Shown here one piece after another: positions 23,501 through 37,043 of a DNA stretch of 64,000 nucleotides. This DNA is from Utricularia gibba (Eukaryota; Plantae; Magnoliophyta). The stretch is taken from contig NEEC01000041.1 in NCBI GenBank assembly GCA_002189035.1, positions 62,001-126,000 of the forward strand. The letters are read 5' to 3'. Each line of letters begins with the position of its first letter. The stretch's first letter is position 1. The translations under genes were made by a program, and so were the position numbers. Below the pieces are notes generated by a model that was not told the origin of the DNA, did not search any database, and saw only the letters and a list, made by a program, of their open reading frames with translations.

Positions 23501-26500
23501 TTTTCGGCATGAAGACATATGTATTTCATGGGACGATGTGAAATTTTGGATTTCGAGATTCATTTAAGATGCGGGTGTGTCCCTAGCCACAACCTCATGG
23601 TGGCCTCGTGCACTCTTCGGTATCGAGTGGATATCTTGCAAATGGTGATGAGTCATGTTGCACATAGCATACCGTTTCGAAGCTCGTTCCGAGCCGGTCT
23701 TCTTTCGTGTTGAGAACTGCGTCCGAAGGCACAAATGAAAGATTGCCTTATATTAGCCTTATGTGCAACGAAGTGGCCACAACGTTCGCGACGATTCGGA
23801 CACCCGACTCGAATGTGATTTTCGGCATGCAAGACATATGTATTTCATGGGACGATGTGAAATTTTGGATTTCGAGATGATCATTTAAGATGCCATGGGT
23901 GTGTCCCTAGCCACAACCTGGTGGCCTCGTGCAATCGAGTGGATTTTGCAAATGGTGATGAGTCATGTTGCACATAGCATACCGTTTCGAAGCTCGTTCC
24001 GAGCCGGTCTTCTTTCGTGTTGAGAACTTGTTCGTCCGAGGAGGCACAAATGCTCGAAAGATTGCCTTATATTAGATGGCCACCACGTTCGCGACGATGC
24101 GACTCGGGACACCGACTCGATGCGAATGTGATTTTCGGCATGCAAGACATATGTATTTCATGGGACGATGTGAAGATGCCATGGGTGTGTCCTAGCCACA
24201 ACCTCATGGTGGCCTCGTGCACTCTTCGGTATCGAGTGGATATCTTGCAAACGGTGATGAGTCATGTTGCACATAGCATACCGTTTCGAAGCTCGTTCCG
24301 AGCCGGTCTACTTTCGTGTTGAGAACTTGTTCGTCCGAGGAGGCACAAATGCTCGAAAGATTGCCTTATATTAGCCTTAAGATGTGCAACGAAGTGGCCA
24401 CAACGTTCGCGACGATGCGACTCGGGACACCCGACTCGATGCGAATGTGATTTTCGGCATGCAAGACATATGTATTTCATGGGACGATGTGAATATTTGG
24501 ATTTCGAGATGATCATTTAAGATGCCATGGGTGTGTCCCTAGCCACAACCTCATGGTGGCCTCGTGCACTCTTCGGTATCGAGTGGATATCTTGCAAATG
24601 GTGATGAGTCATGTTGCACATAGCATACCGTTTCGAAGCTCGTTCCGAGCCGGTCTTCTTTCGTGTTGAGAACTTGTTCGTCCGAGGAGGCACAAATGCT
24701 CGAAGATTGCCTTATATTAGCCTTAAGATGTGCAACGAAGGGCCACCACGTTCGCGACGATGCGACTCGGGACACCCGACTCGATGCGAATGTGATTTTC
24801 GGCATGCAAGACATATGTATTTCATGGACGATGTGAAATTTTGGATTTCGAGATGATCATTTAAGATGCCATGGGTGTGTCCCTAGCCACAACCTCATGG
24901 TGGCCTCGTGCACTCTTCGGTATCGAGTGGATATCTTGCAAATGGTGATGAGTCATGTTGCACATAGCATACCGTTTCGAAGCTCGTTCCGAGCCGGTCT
25001 TCTTTCGTGTTGAGAACTTGTTCGTCCGAGGAGGCACAAATGCTCGAAAGATTGCCTTATATTAGCCTTAAGATGTGCAACGAAGTGGCCACCACGTTCG
25101 CGACGATGCGACTCGGGACACCGACTCGATGCGAATGTGATTTTCGGCATGCAAGACATATGTATTTCATGGGACGATGTGAATATTTGGATTTCGAGAT
25201 GATCATTTAAGATGCCATGGGTGTGTCCCTAGCCACAACCTCATGGTGGCCTCGTGCACTCTTCGGTATCGAGTGGATATCTTGCAAATGGTGATGAGTC
25301 ATGTTGCACATAGCATACCGTTTCGAAGCTCGTTCCGAGCCGGTCTTCTTTCGTGTTGAGAACTTGTTCGTCCGAGGAGGCACAAATGCTCGAAAGATTG
25401 CCTTATATTAGCCTTAAGATGTGCAACGAAGTGGCCACAACGTTCGCGACGATGCGACTCGGACACCGACTCGATGCGAATGTGATTTTCGGCATGCAAG
25501 ACATATGTATTTCATGGGACGATGTGAATATTTGGATTTCGAGATGATCATTTAAGATGCCATGGGTGTGTCCCTAGCCACAACCTCATGGTGGCCTCGT
25601 GCACTCTTCGGTATCGAGTGGATATCTTGCAAACGGTGATGAGTCATGTTGCACATATCATACCGTTTCGAAGCTCGTTCCGAGCCGTCTTCTTTCGTGT
25701 TGAGAACTTGTTCGTCCGAGGAGGCACAAATGCTCGAAAGATTGCCTTATATTAGCCTTAAGATGTGCAACGAAGTGGCCACCACGTTCGCGACGATGCG
25801 ACTCGGGACACCCGACTCGATGCGAATGTGATTTTCGGCATGCAAGACATATGTATTTCATGGGACGATGTGAATATTTGGATTTCGAGATGATCATTTA
25901 AGATGCCATGGGTGTGTCCCTAGCCACAACCTCATGGTGGCCTCGTGCACTCTTCGGTATCGAGTGGATATCTTGCAAATGGTGATGAGTCATGTTGCAC
26001 AGCATACCGTTTCGAAGCTCGTTCCGAGCCGGTCTTCTTTCGTGTTGAGAACTTGTTCGTCCGAGGAGGCACAAATGCTCGAAAGATTGCCTTATATTAG
26101 CCTTAAGATGTGCAACGAAAGTGGCCACCACGTTCGCGACGATGCGACTCGGGACACCCGACTCGATGTGTTTTCGGCATGCAAGACATATGTATTTCAT
26201 GGGACGATGTGAATATTTGGATTTCGAGATGATCATTTAAGATGCCATGGGTGTGTCCCTAGCCACAACCTCATGGTGGCCTCGTGCACTCTTCGGTATC
26301 GAGTGGATATCTTGCAAATGGTGATGAGTCATGTTGCACATAGCATACCGTTTCGAAGCTCGTTCCGAGCCGGTCTTCTTTCGTGTTGAGAACTTGTTCG
26401 TCCGAGGAGGCACAAATGCTCGAAAGATTGCCTTATATTAGCCTTAAGATGTGCAACGAAGTGGCCACAACGTTCGCGACGATGCGACTCGGGACCCCGA

Positions 26501-29500
26501 CTCGATGCGAATGTGATTTTCGGCATGCAAGACATATGTATTTCATGGGACGATGTGAAATTTTTGATTTCGAGATGATCATTTAAGATGCCATGGGTGT
26601 GTCCCTAGCCACAACCTCATGGTGGCCTCGTGCACTCTTCGGTATCGAGTGGATATCTTGCAAATGGTGATGAGTCATGTTGCACATAGCATACCGTTTC
26701 GAAGCTCGTTCCGAGCCGGTCTTCTTTCGTGTTGAGAACTTGTTCGTCCGAGGAGGCACAAATGCTCGAAAGATTGCCTTATATTAGCCTTAGATGTGCA
26801 ACGAAGTGGCCACAACGTTCGCGACGATGCGACTCGGGACACCCGACTCGATGCGAATGTGATTTTCGGCATGCAAGACATATGTATTTCATGGACGATG
26901 TGAATATTTGATTTCGAGATGATCATTTAAGATGCATGGGTGTGTCCCTAGCCACAACCTCATGGTGGCCTCGTGCACTCTTCGGTATCGAGTGGATATC
27001 TTGCAAACGGTGATGAGTCATGTTGCACATCGTTCCGAGCCGGTCTCTTTCGTGTTGAGAACTTGTTCGAAGCACAAATGCTCGAAAGATTGCCTTATAT
27101 TAGCCTTAAGATGCAACGAAGTGGCCACAACGTTCGCGACGATGCGACTCGGGACACCCGACTCGATGCGAATGTGATTTTCGGCATGCAAGACATATGT
27201 TTTTCATGGGACGATGTGAATATTTGGATTTCGAGATGATCATTTAAGATGCCATGGGTGTGTCCCTAGCCACAACCTCATGGTGGCCTCGTGCACTCTT
27301 CGGTATCGAGTGGATATCTTGCAAACGGTGATGAGTCATGTTGCACATATCATACCGTTTCGAAGCTCGTTCCGAGCCGGTCTTCTTTCGTGTTGAGAAC
27401 TTGTTCGTCCGAGGAGGCACAAATGCTCGAAGATTGCCTTATATTAGCCTTAAGATGTGCAACGAAGTGGCCACCACGTTCGCGACGATGCGACTCGGGA
27501 CACCCGACTCGATGCGAATGTGATTTTCGGCATGCAAGACATATGTATTTCATGGGACGATGTGAATATTTGGATTTCGAGATGATCATTTAAGATGCCA
27601 TGGGTGTGTCCCTAGCCACAACCTCATGGTGGCCTCGTGCACTCTTCGGTATCGAGTGGATATCTTGCAAACGGTGATGAGTCATGTTGCACATAGCATA
27701 CCGTTTCGAAGCTCGTTCCGAGCCGGTCTTCTTTCGTGTTGAGAACTTGTTCGTCCGAGGAGGCACAAATGCTCGAAAGATTGCCTTATATTAGCCTTAA
27801 GATGTGCAACGAAGTGGCCACCACGTTCGCGACGATGCGACTCGGGACACCCGACTCGATGCGAATGTGATTTTCGGCATGCAAGACATATGTATTTCAT
27901 GGGACGATGTGAATTTGGATTTCGAGATGATCATTTAAGATGCCATGGGTGTGTCCCTAGCCACAACCTCATGGTGGCCTCGTGCACTCTTCGGTATCGA
28001 GTGGATATCTTGCAAATGGTGATGAGTCATGTTGCACATAGCATACCGTTTCGAAGCTCGTTCCGAGCCGGTCTTCTTTCGTGTTGAGAACTTGTTCGTC
28101 CGAGGAGGCACAAATGCTCGAAAGATTGCCTTATATTAGCCTTAAGATGTGCAACGAAGTGGCCACCACGTTCGCGACGATGCGACTCGGGACACCCGAC
28201 TCGATGCGAATGTGATTTTCGGCATGCAAGACATATGTATTTCATGGGACGATGTGAATATTTGGATTTCGAGATGATCATTTAAGATGCCATGGGTGTG
28301 TCCCTAGCCACAACCTCATGTGGCCTCGTGCACTCTTCGGTATCGAGTGGATATCTTGCAAACGGTGATGAGTCATGTTGCACATATCATACCGTTTCGA
28401 AGCTCGTTCCGAGCCGGTCTTCTTTCGTGTTGAGAACTTGTTCGTCCGAGGAGGCACAAATGCTCGAAAGATTGCCTTATATTAGCCTTAAGATGTGCAA
28501 CGAAGTGGCCACAACGTTCGCGACGATGCGACTCGGGACACCGACTCGATGCGAATGTGATTTTCGGCATGCAAGACATATGTATTTCATGGGACGATGT
28601 GAAATTTTGGATTTCGAGATGATCATTTAAGATGCCATGGGTGTGTCCCTAGCCACAACCTCATGGTGGCCTCGTGCACTCTTCGGTATCGAGTGGATAT
28701 CTTGCAAACGGTGATGAGTCATGTTGCACATATCATACCGTTTCGAAGCTCGTTCCGAGCCGGTCTTCTTTCGTGTTGAGAACTTGTTCGTCCGAGGAGG
28801 CACAAATGCTCGAAAGATTGCCTTATATTAGCCTTAAGATGTGCAACGAAGTGGCCACAACGTTCGCGACGATGCGACTCGGGACACCCGACGATGCGAA
28901 TGTGATTTTCGGCATGCAAGACATATGTATTTCATGGGACGATGTGAATATTTGGATTTCGAGATGATCATTTAAGATGCCATGGGTGTGTCCCTAGCCA
29001 CAACCTCATGGTGGCCTCGTGCACTCTTCGGTATCGAGTGGATATCTTGCAAACGGTGATGAGTCATGTTGCACATATATACCGTTTCGAAGCTCGTTCC
29101 GAGCCGGTCTTCTTTCGTGTTGAGACTTGTTCGTCCGAGAGGCACAAATGCTCGAAAGATTGCCTTATATTAGCCTTAAGATGTGCAACGAAGTGGCCAC
29201 CACGTTCGCGACGATGCGACTCGGGACACCCGACTCGATGCGAATGTGATTTTCGGCATGCAAGACATATGTATTTCATGGGACGATGTGAATATTTGAT
29301 TTCGAGATGATCATTTAAGATGCCATGGGTGTGTCCTAGCCACAACCTCATGGTGGCCTCGTGCACTCTTCGGTATCGAGTGGATATCTTGCAAATGGTG
29401 ATGAGTCATGTTGCACATAGCGTTCCGAGCCGTCTACTTTTCGTGTTGAGAACTTGTTCGTCCGAGGAGGGCTGCTCGAAAGATTGCCTTATATTAGCCT

Positions 29501-32500
29501 TAGATGTGCAACGAAGTGGCCACACGTTCGCGACGATGCGACTCGGGACACCCGACTCGATGCGAATGTGATTTTCGGCATGCAAGACATATGTATTTCA
29601 TGGGACGATGTGAATATTTGGATTTCGAGATGATCATTTAAGATGCCATGGGTGTGTCCCTAGCCACAACCTCATGGTGGCCTCGTGCACTCTTCGGTAT
29701 CGAGTGGATATCTTGCAAACGGTGATGAGTCATGTTGCACATAGCATACCGTTTCGAAGCTCGTTCGAGCCGGTCTTCTTTCGTGTTGAGAACTTGTTCG
29801 TCCGAGGAGGCACAAATGCTCGAAAGATTGCCTTATATTAGCCTTAAGATGTGCAACGAAGTGGCCACACGTTCGCGACGATGCGACTCGGGACACCCGA
29901 CTCGATGCGAATGTGATTTTCGGCATGCAAGACATATGTATTTCATGGGACGATGTGAATATTTGGATTTCGAGATGATCATTTAAGATGCCATGGGTGT
30001 GTCCCTAGCCACAACCTCATGGTGGCCTCGTGCACTCTTCGGTATCGAGTGGATATCTTGCAAACGGTGATGAGTCATGTTGCACATAGCATACCGTTTC
30101 GAAGCTCGTTCCGAGCCGGTCTTCTTTCGTGTTGAGAACTTGTTCGTCCGAGGAGGCACAAATGCTCGAAAGATTGCCTTATATTAGCCTTAAGATGTGC
30201 AACGAAGTGGCCACCACGTTCGCGACGATGCGACTCGGGACACCGACTCGATGCGAATGTGATTTTCGGCATGCAAGACATATGTATTTCATGGGACGAT
30301 GTGAAATTTTGGATTTCGAGATGATCATTTAAGATGCCATGGGTGTGTCCCTAGCCACAACCTCATGGTGGCCTCGTGCACTCTTCGGTATCGAGTGGAT
30401 ATCTTGCAAACGGTGATGAGTCATGTTGCACATAGCATACCGTTTCGAAGCTCGTTCCGAGCCGGTCTTCTTTCGTGTTGAGAACTTGTTCGTCCGAGGA
30501 GGCACAAATGCTCGAAAGATTGCCTTATATTAGCCTTAAGATGTGCAACGAAGTGGCCACAACGTTCGCGACGATGCGACTCGGGACCCGACTCGATGCG
30601 AATGTGATTTTCGGCATGCAAGACATATGTATTTCATGGGACGATGTGAAATTTGGATTTCGAGATGATCATTTAAGATGCCATGGGTGTGTCCCTAGCC
30701 ACAACCTCATGGTGGCCTCGTGCACTCTTCGGTATCGAGTGGATATCTTGCAAATGGTGATGAGTCATGTTGCACATATCATACCGTTTCGAAGCTCGTT
30801 CCGAGCCGGTCTTCTTTCGTGTTGAGAACTTGTTCGTCCGAGGAGGCACAAATGCTCGAAAGATTGCCTTATATTAGCCTAGATGTGCAACGAAGTGGCC
30901 ACAACGTTCGCGACGATGCGACTCGGGACACCCGACTCGATGCGAATGTGATTTTCGGCATGCAAGACATATGTATTTCATGGGACGATGTGAAATTTTG
31001 GATTTCGAGATGATCATTTAAGATGCCATGGGTGTGTCCCTAGCCACAACCTCATGGTGGCCTCGTGCACTCTTCGGTATCGAGTGGATATCTTGCAAAT
31101 GGTGATGAGTCATGTTGCACATAGCGTTTCGAGCCGGTCTCTTTCGTGTTGAGAACTTGTTCGTCCGAGGAGGCACAAATGCTCGAAAGATTGCCTTATA
31201 TTAGCCTTAGATGTGCAACGAAGTGGCCACAACGTTCGCGACGATGCGACTCGGGACACCCGACTCGATGCGAATGTGATTTTCGGCATGCAAGACATAT
31301 GTATTTCATGGGACGATGTGAATATTTGGATTTCGAGATGATCATTTAAGATGCCATGGGTGTGTCCCTAGCCACAACCTCATGGTGGCCTCGTGCACTC
31401 TTCGGTATCGAGTGGATATCTTGCAAACGGTGATGAGTCATGTTGCACATAGCATACCGTTTCGAAGCTCGTTCCGAGCCGGTTTCTTTCGTGTTGAGAA
31501 CTTGTTCGTCGAGGAGGCACAAATGCTCGAAAGATTGCTTATATTAGCCTTAAGATGTGCAACGAAGTGGCCACACGTTCGCGACGATGCGACTCGGGAC
31601 ACCGACTCGATGCGAATGTGATTTTCGGCATGCAAGACATATGTATTTCATGGGACGATGTGAAATTTGATTTCGAGATGATCATTTAAGATGCCATGGG
31701 TGTGTCCCTAGCCACAACCTCATGGTGGCCTCGTGCACTCTTCGGTATCGAGTGGATATCTTGCAAATGGTGATGAGTCATGTTGCACATAGCATACCGT
31801 TTCGAAGCTCGTTCCGAGCGGTCTCTTTCGTGTTGAGAACTTGTTCGTCCGAGGAGGCACAAATGCTCGAAAGATTGCCTTATATTAGCCTTAAGATGTG
31901 CAACGAAGTGGCCACAACGTTCGCGACGATGCGACTCGGGACACCCGACTCGATGCGAATGTGATTTTCGGCATGCAAGACATATGTATTTCATGGGACG
32001 ATGTGAATATTTGGATTTCGAGATGATCATTTAAGATGCCATGGGTGTGTCCCTAGCCACAACCTCATGGTGGCCTCGTGCACTCTTCGGTATCGAGTGG
32101 ATATCTTGCAAATGGTGATGAGTCATGTTGCACATAGCATACCGTTTCGAAGCTCGTTCCGAGCCGGTCTTCTTTCGTGTTGAGAACTTGTTCGTCCGAG
32201 GAGGCACAAATGCTCGAAAGATTGCCTTATATTAGCCTTAGATGTGCAACGAAGTGGCCACCACGTTCGCGACGATGCGACTCGGGACACCCGACTCGAT
32301 GCGAATGTGATTTTCGGCATGCAAGACATATGTATTTCATGGGACGATGTGAATATTTGGATTTCGAGATGATCATTTAAGATGCCATGGGTGTGTCCCT
32401 AGCCACAACCTCATGGTGGCCTCGTGCACTCTTCGGTATCGAGTGGATATCTTGCAAATGGTGATGAGTCATGTTGCACATAGCATACCGTTTCGAAGCT

Positions 32501-34707
32501 CGTTCCGAGCCGGTCTTCTTTCGTGTTGAGAACTTGTTCGTCCGAGGAGGCACAAATGCTCGAAAGATTGCCTTATATTAGCCTTAAGATGTGCAACGAA
32601 GTGGCCACACGTTCGCGACGATGCGACTCGGGACACCCGACTCGATGCGAATGTGATTTTCGGCATGCAAGACATATGTATTTCATGGGACGATGTGAAT
32701 ATTTGGATTTCGAGATGATCATTTAAGATGCCATGGGTGTGTCCCTAGCCACAACCTCATGGTGGCCTCGTGCACTCTTCGGTATCGAGTGGATATCTTG
32801 CAAATGGTGATGAGTCATGTTGCACATAGCATACCGTTTCGAAGCTCGTTCCGAGCCGGTCTTCTTTCGTGTTGAGAACTTGTTCGTCCGAGGAGGCACA
32901 AATGCTCGAAAGATTGCCTTATATTAGCCTTAGATGTGCAACGAAGTGGCCACAACGTTCGCGACGATGCGACTCGGGACACCCGACTCGATGCGAATGT
33001 GATTTTCGGCATGCAAGACATATGTATTTCATGGGACGATGTGAATATTTGGATTTCGAGATGATCATTTAAGATGCCATGGGTGTGTCCCTAGCCACAA
33101 CCTCATGGTGGCCTCGTGCACTCTTCGGTATCGAGTGGATATCTTGCAAATGGTGATGAGTCATGTTGCACATAGCATACCGTTTCGAAGCTCGTTCCGA
33201 GCCGGTCTTCTTTCGTGTTGAGAACTTGTTCGTCCGAGGAGGCACAAATGCTCGAAAGATTGCCTTATATTAGCCTTAAGATGTGCAACGAAGTGGCCAC
33301 ACGTTCGCGACGATGCGACTCGGGACACCCGACTCGATGCGAATGTGATTTTCGGCATGCAAGACATATGTATTTCATGGGACGATGTGAATATTTGGAT
33401 TTCGAGATGATCATTTAAGATGCCATGGGTGTGTCCCTAGCCACAACCTCATGGTGGCCTCGTGCACTCTTCGGTATCGAGTGGATATCTTGCAAACGGT
33501 GATGAGTCATGTTGCACATAGCATACCGTTTCGAAGCTCGTTCCGAGCCGGTCTCTTTCGTGTTGAGAACTTGTTCGTCCGAGGAGGCACAAATGCTCGA
33601 AAGATTGCCTTATATTAGCCTTAAGATGTGCAACGAAGTGGCCACCACGTTCGCGACGATGCGACTCGGGACACCCGACTCGATGCGAATGTGATTTTCG
33701 GCATGCAAGACATATGTATTTCATGGGACGATGTGAATATTTGGATTTCGAGATGATCATTTAAGATGCCATGGGTGTGTCCCTAGCCACAACCTCATGG
33801 TGGCCTCGTGCACTCTTCGGTATCGAGTGGATATCTTGCAAATGGTGATGAGTCATGTTGCACATAGCATACCGTTTCGAAGCTCGTTCCGAGCCGGTCT
33901 TCTTTCGTGTTGAGAACTTGTTCGTCCGAGGAGGCACAAATGCTCGAAAGATTGCCTTATATTAGCCTTAAGATGTGCAACGAAGTGGCCACCACGTTCG
34001 CGACGATGCGACTCGGGACACCCGACTCGATGCGAATGTGATTTTCGGCATGCAAGACATATGTATTTCATGGGACGATGTGAATATTTGGATTTCGAGA
34101 TGATCATTTAAGATGCCATGGGTGTGTCCCTAGCCACAACCTCATGGTGGCCTCGTGCACTCTTCGGTATCGAGTGGATATCTTGCAAATGGTGATGAGT
34201 CATGTTGCACATAGCATACCGTTTCGAAGCTCGTTCCGAGCCGGTCTTCTTTCGTGTTGAGAACTTGTTCGTCCGAGGAGCACAAATGCTCGAAAGATTG
34301 CCTTATATTAGCCTTAGATGTGCAACGAAGTGGCCACCACGTTCGCGACGATGCGACTCGGGACACCCGACTCGATGCGAATGTGATTTTCGGCATGCAA
34401 GACATATGTATTTCATGGGACGATGTGAATTTGATTTCGAGATGATCATTTAAGATGCCATGGGTGTGTCCCTAGCCACAACTCATGGTGGCCTCGTGCA
34501 CTTTCGGTATCGAGTGGATATCTTGCAAACGGTGATGAGTCATGTTGCACATAGCATACCGTTTCGAAGCTCGTTCCGAGCCGGTCTTCTTTCGTGTTGA
34601 GAACTTGTTCGTCCGAGGAGGCACAAATGCTCGAAAGATTGCCTTATATTAGCCTTCAGATGTGCAACATATGCCATGCACGTACGCGATGTGAATATTT
34701 CGAGATG

Positions 34708-34826
34708 CGACGAGGACTCATTTAAGATGCCATGATGCGAATGTGATCTTCCGTAGCATGCAAGACATATGGTGTTCGTGCACGACGATTCGAATATTTT
34801 CGGATTGGAGATGATCTTTAAGATGC
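34708..34826 (+). repeat. Diverged partial monomer (extra copy of the last ~105 bp), copy 1
   Basis: After GACTCATTTAAGATGCCA the sequence jumps back to GATGCGAATGTGA and carries the non-consensus strings GACATATGGTGTTCGTGCACGACGATT and ATTGGAGATGATCTTTAAG. Confidence 0.7.
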
Positions 34827-35151
34827 CATGGGTGTGTCCCTAGCCACAACCTCATGGTGGCCTCGTGCACTCTTCGGTATGAGTGGATATCTTGCAAATG
34901 GTGATGAGTCATGTTGCACATAGCATACCGTTTCGAAGCTCGTTCCGAGCCGGTCTTCTTTCGTGTTGAGAACTTGTTCGTCCGAGGAGGCACAAATGCT
35001 CGAAAGATTGCCTTATATTAGCCTTAGATGTGCAACGAAGTGGCCACCACGTTCGCGACGATGCGACTCGGGACACCGACTCGATGCGAATGTGATTTTC
35101 GGCATGCAAGACATATGTATTTCATGGGACGATGTGAATATTTTTCGGATT

Positions 35152-35276
35152 CGACGAGATGACTCATTTAAGATGCCACGGTCGATGTGAATGTGAGCTT
35201 TTCGGCATGCAAGACATATGGTGTTCGTGCACGACGATTGCGAATGTATTTTCGATTGGAGATGATCTTTAAGATG
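35152..35276 (+). repeat. Diverged partial monomer, copy 2
   Basis: Same non-consensus strings GACTCATTTAAGATGCCA, GACATATGGTGTTCGTGCACGACGATT and ATTGGAGATGATCTTTAAG, about 449 bp downstream of copy 1. Confidence 0.7.
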
Positions 35277-36974
35277 CCATGGGTGTGTCCCTAGCCACAA
35301 CCTCATGGTGGCCTCGAGCATGTTGCACATAGCGTATCGACCGTTTCGAAGCTTGCAAACCGAGTGCCGGTCTTCTGCACGTGTCATACCGTTGTTCGTC
35401 CGAGGTTCCACAAATGGTCTTCTTTCGTGTTGAGAACTTGTTCGTCCGAGGAGGCACAAATGCTCGAAAGATTGCCTTATATTAGCCTTAAGATGTGCAA
35501 CGAAGTGGCCACCACGTTCGCGACGATGCGACTCGGGACACCCGACTCGATGCGAATGTGATTTTCGGCATGCAAGACATATGTATTTCATGGGACGATG
35601 TGAATTTGGATTTCGAGATGATCATTTAAGATGCCATGGGTGTGTCCCTAGCCACAACCTCATGGTGGCCTCGTGCACTCTTCGGTATCGAGTGGATATC
35701 TTGCAAACGGTGATGAGTCATGTTGCACATATCATACCGTTTCGAAGCTCGTTCCGAGCCGGTCTTCTTTCGTGTTGAGAACTTGTTCGTCCGAGGAGGC
35801 ACAAATGCTCGAAAGATTGCCTTATATTAGCCTTAGATGTGCAACGAAGTGGCCACCACGTTCGCGACGATGCGACTCGGGACACCCGACTCGATGCGAA
35901 TGTGATTTTCGGCATGCAAGACATATGTATTTCATGGGACGATGTGAATATTTGGATTCGAGATGATCATTTAAGATGCCATGGGTGTGTCCCTAGCCAC
36001 AACCTCATGGTGGCCTCGTGCACTCTTCGGTATCGAGTGGATATCTTGCAAATGGTGATGAGTCATGTTGCACATAGCATACCGTTTCGAAGCTCGTTCC
36101 GAGCCGGTCTTCTTCGTGTTGAGAACTTGTTCGTCCGAGGAGGCACAAATGCTCGAAAGATTGCCTTATATTAGCCTTAAGATGTGCAACGAAGTGGCCA
36201 CGTTCGCGACGATGCGACTCGGGACACCCGACTCGATGCGAATGTGATTTTCGGCATGCAAGACATATGTATTTCATGGGACGATGTGAATATTTGGATT
36301 TCGAGATGATCATTTAAGATGCCATGGGTGTGTCCCTAGCCACAACCTCATGGTGGCCTCGTGCACTCTTCGGTATCGAGTGGATATCTTGCAAATGGTG
36401 ATGAGTCATGTTGCACATATCATACCGTTTCGAAGCTCGTTCCGAGCCGGTCTTCTTTCGTGTTGAGAACTTGTTCGTCCGAGGAGGCACAAATGCTCGA
36501 AATTGCCTTATATTAGCCTAAGATGTGCAACGAAGTGGCCACCACGTTCGCGACGATGCGACTCGGGACACCCGACTCGATGCGAATGTGATTTTCGGCA
36601 TGCAAGACATATGTATTTCATGGGACGATGTGAAATTTGGATTCGAGATGATCATTTAAGATGCCATGGGTGTCCCTAGCCACAACCTCATGGTGGCCTC
36701 GTGCACTCTTCGGTATCGAGTGGATATCTTGCAAATGGTGATGAGTCATGTTGCACATAGCATACCGTTTCGAAGCTCGTTCCGAGCCGGTCTCTTTCGT
36801 GTTGAGAACTTGTTCGTCCGAGGAGGCACAAATGCTCGAAAGATTGCCTTATATTAGCCTTAAGATGTGCAACGAAGTGGCCACCACGATGCACTCGCGA
36901 CGATGCGATGTATTTCATGGGGACGATGTGAATATTTCCCGAGCTCGATCATCGAATAAGATGCCATGGGTGTG

Positions 36975-37043
36975 AAGACATATCATTTCATGGCCGACGT
37001 GCACTGTTCGATTTGATCGATTGGAGATGATCTTTAAGATGCC
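36975..37043 (+). repeat. Probable third, more degraded copy of the diverged partial monomer
   Basis: Extra AAGACATAT...GTGCAC... segment ending in the same ATTGGAGATGATCTTTAAGATGCC junction. Confidence 0.5.
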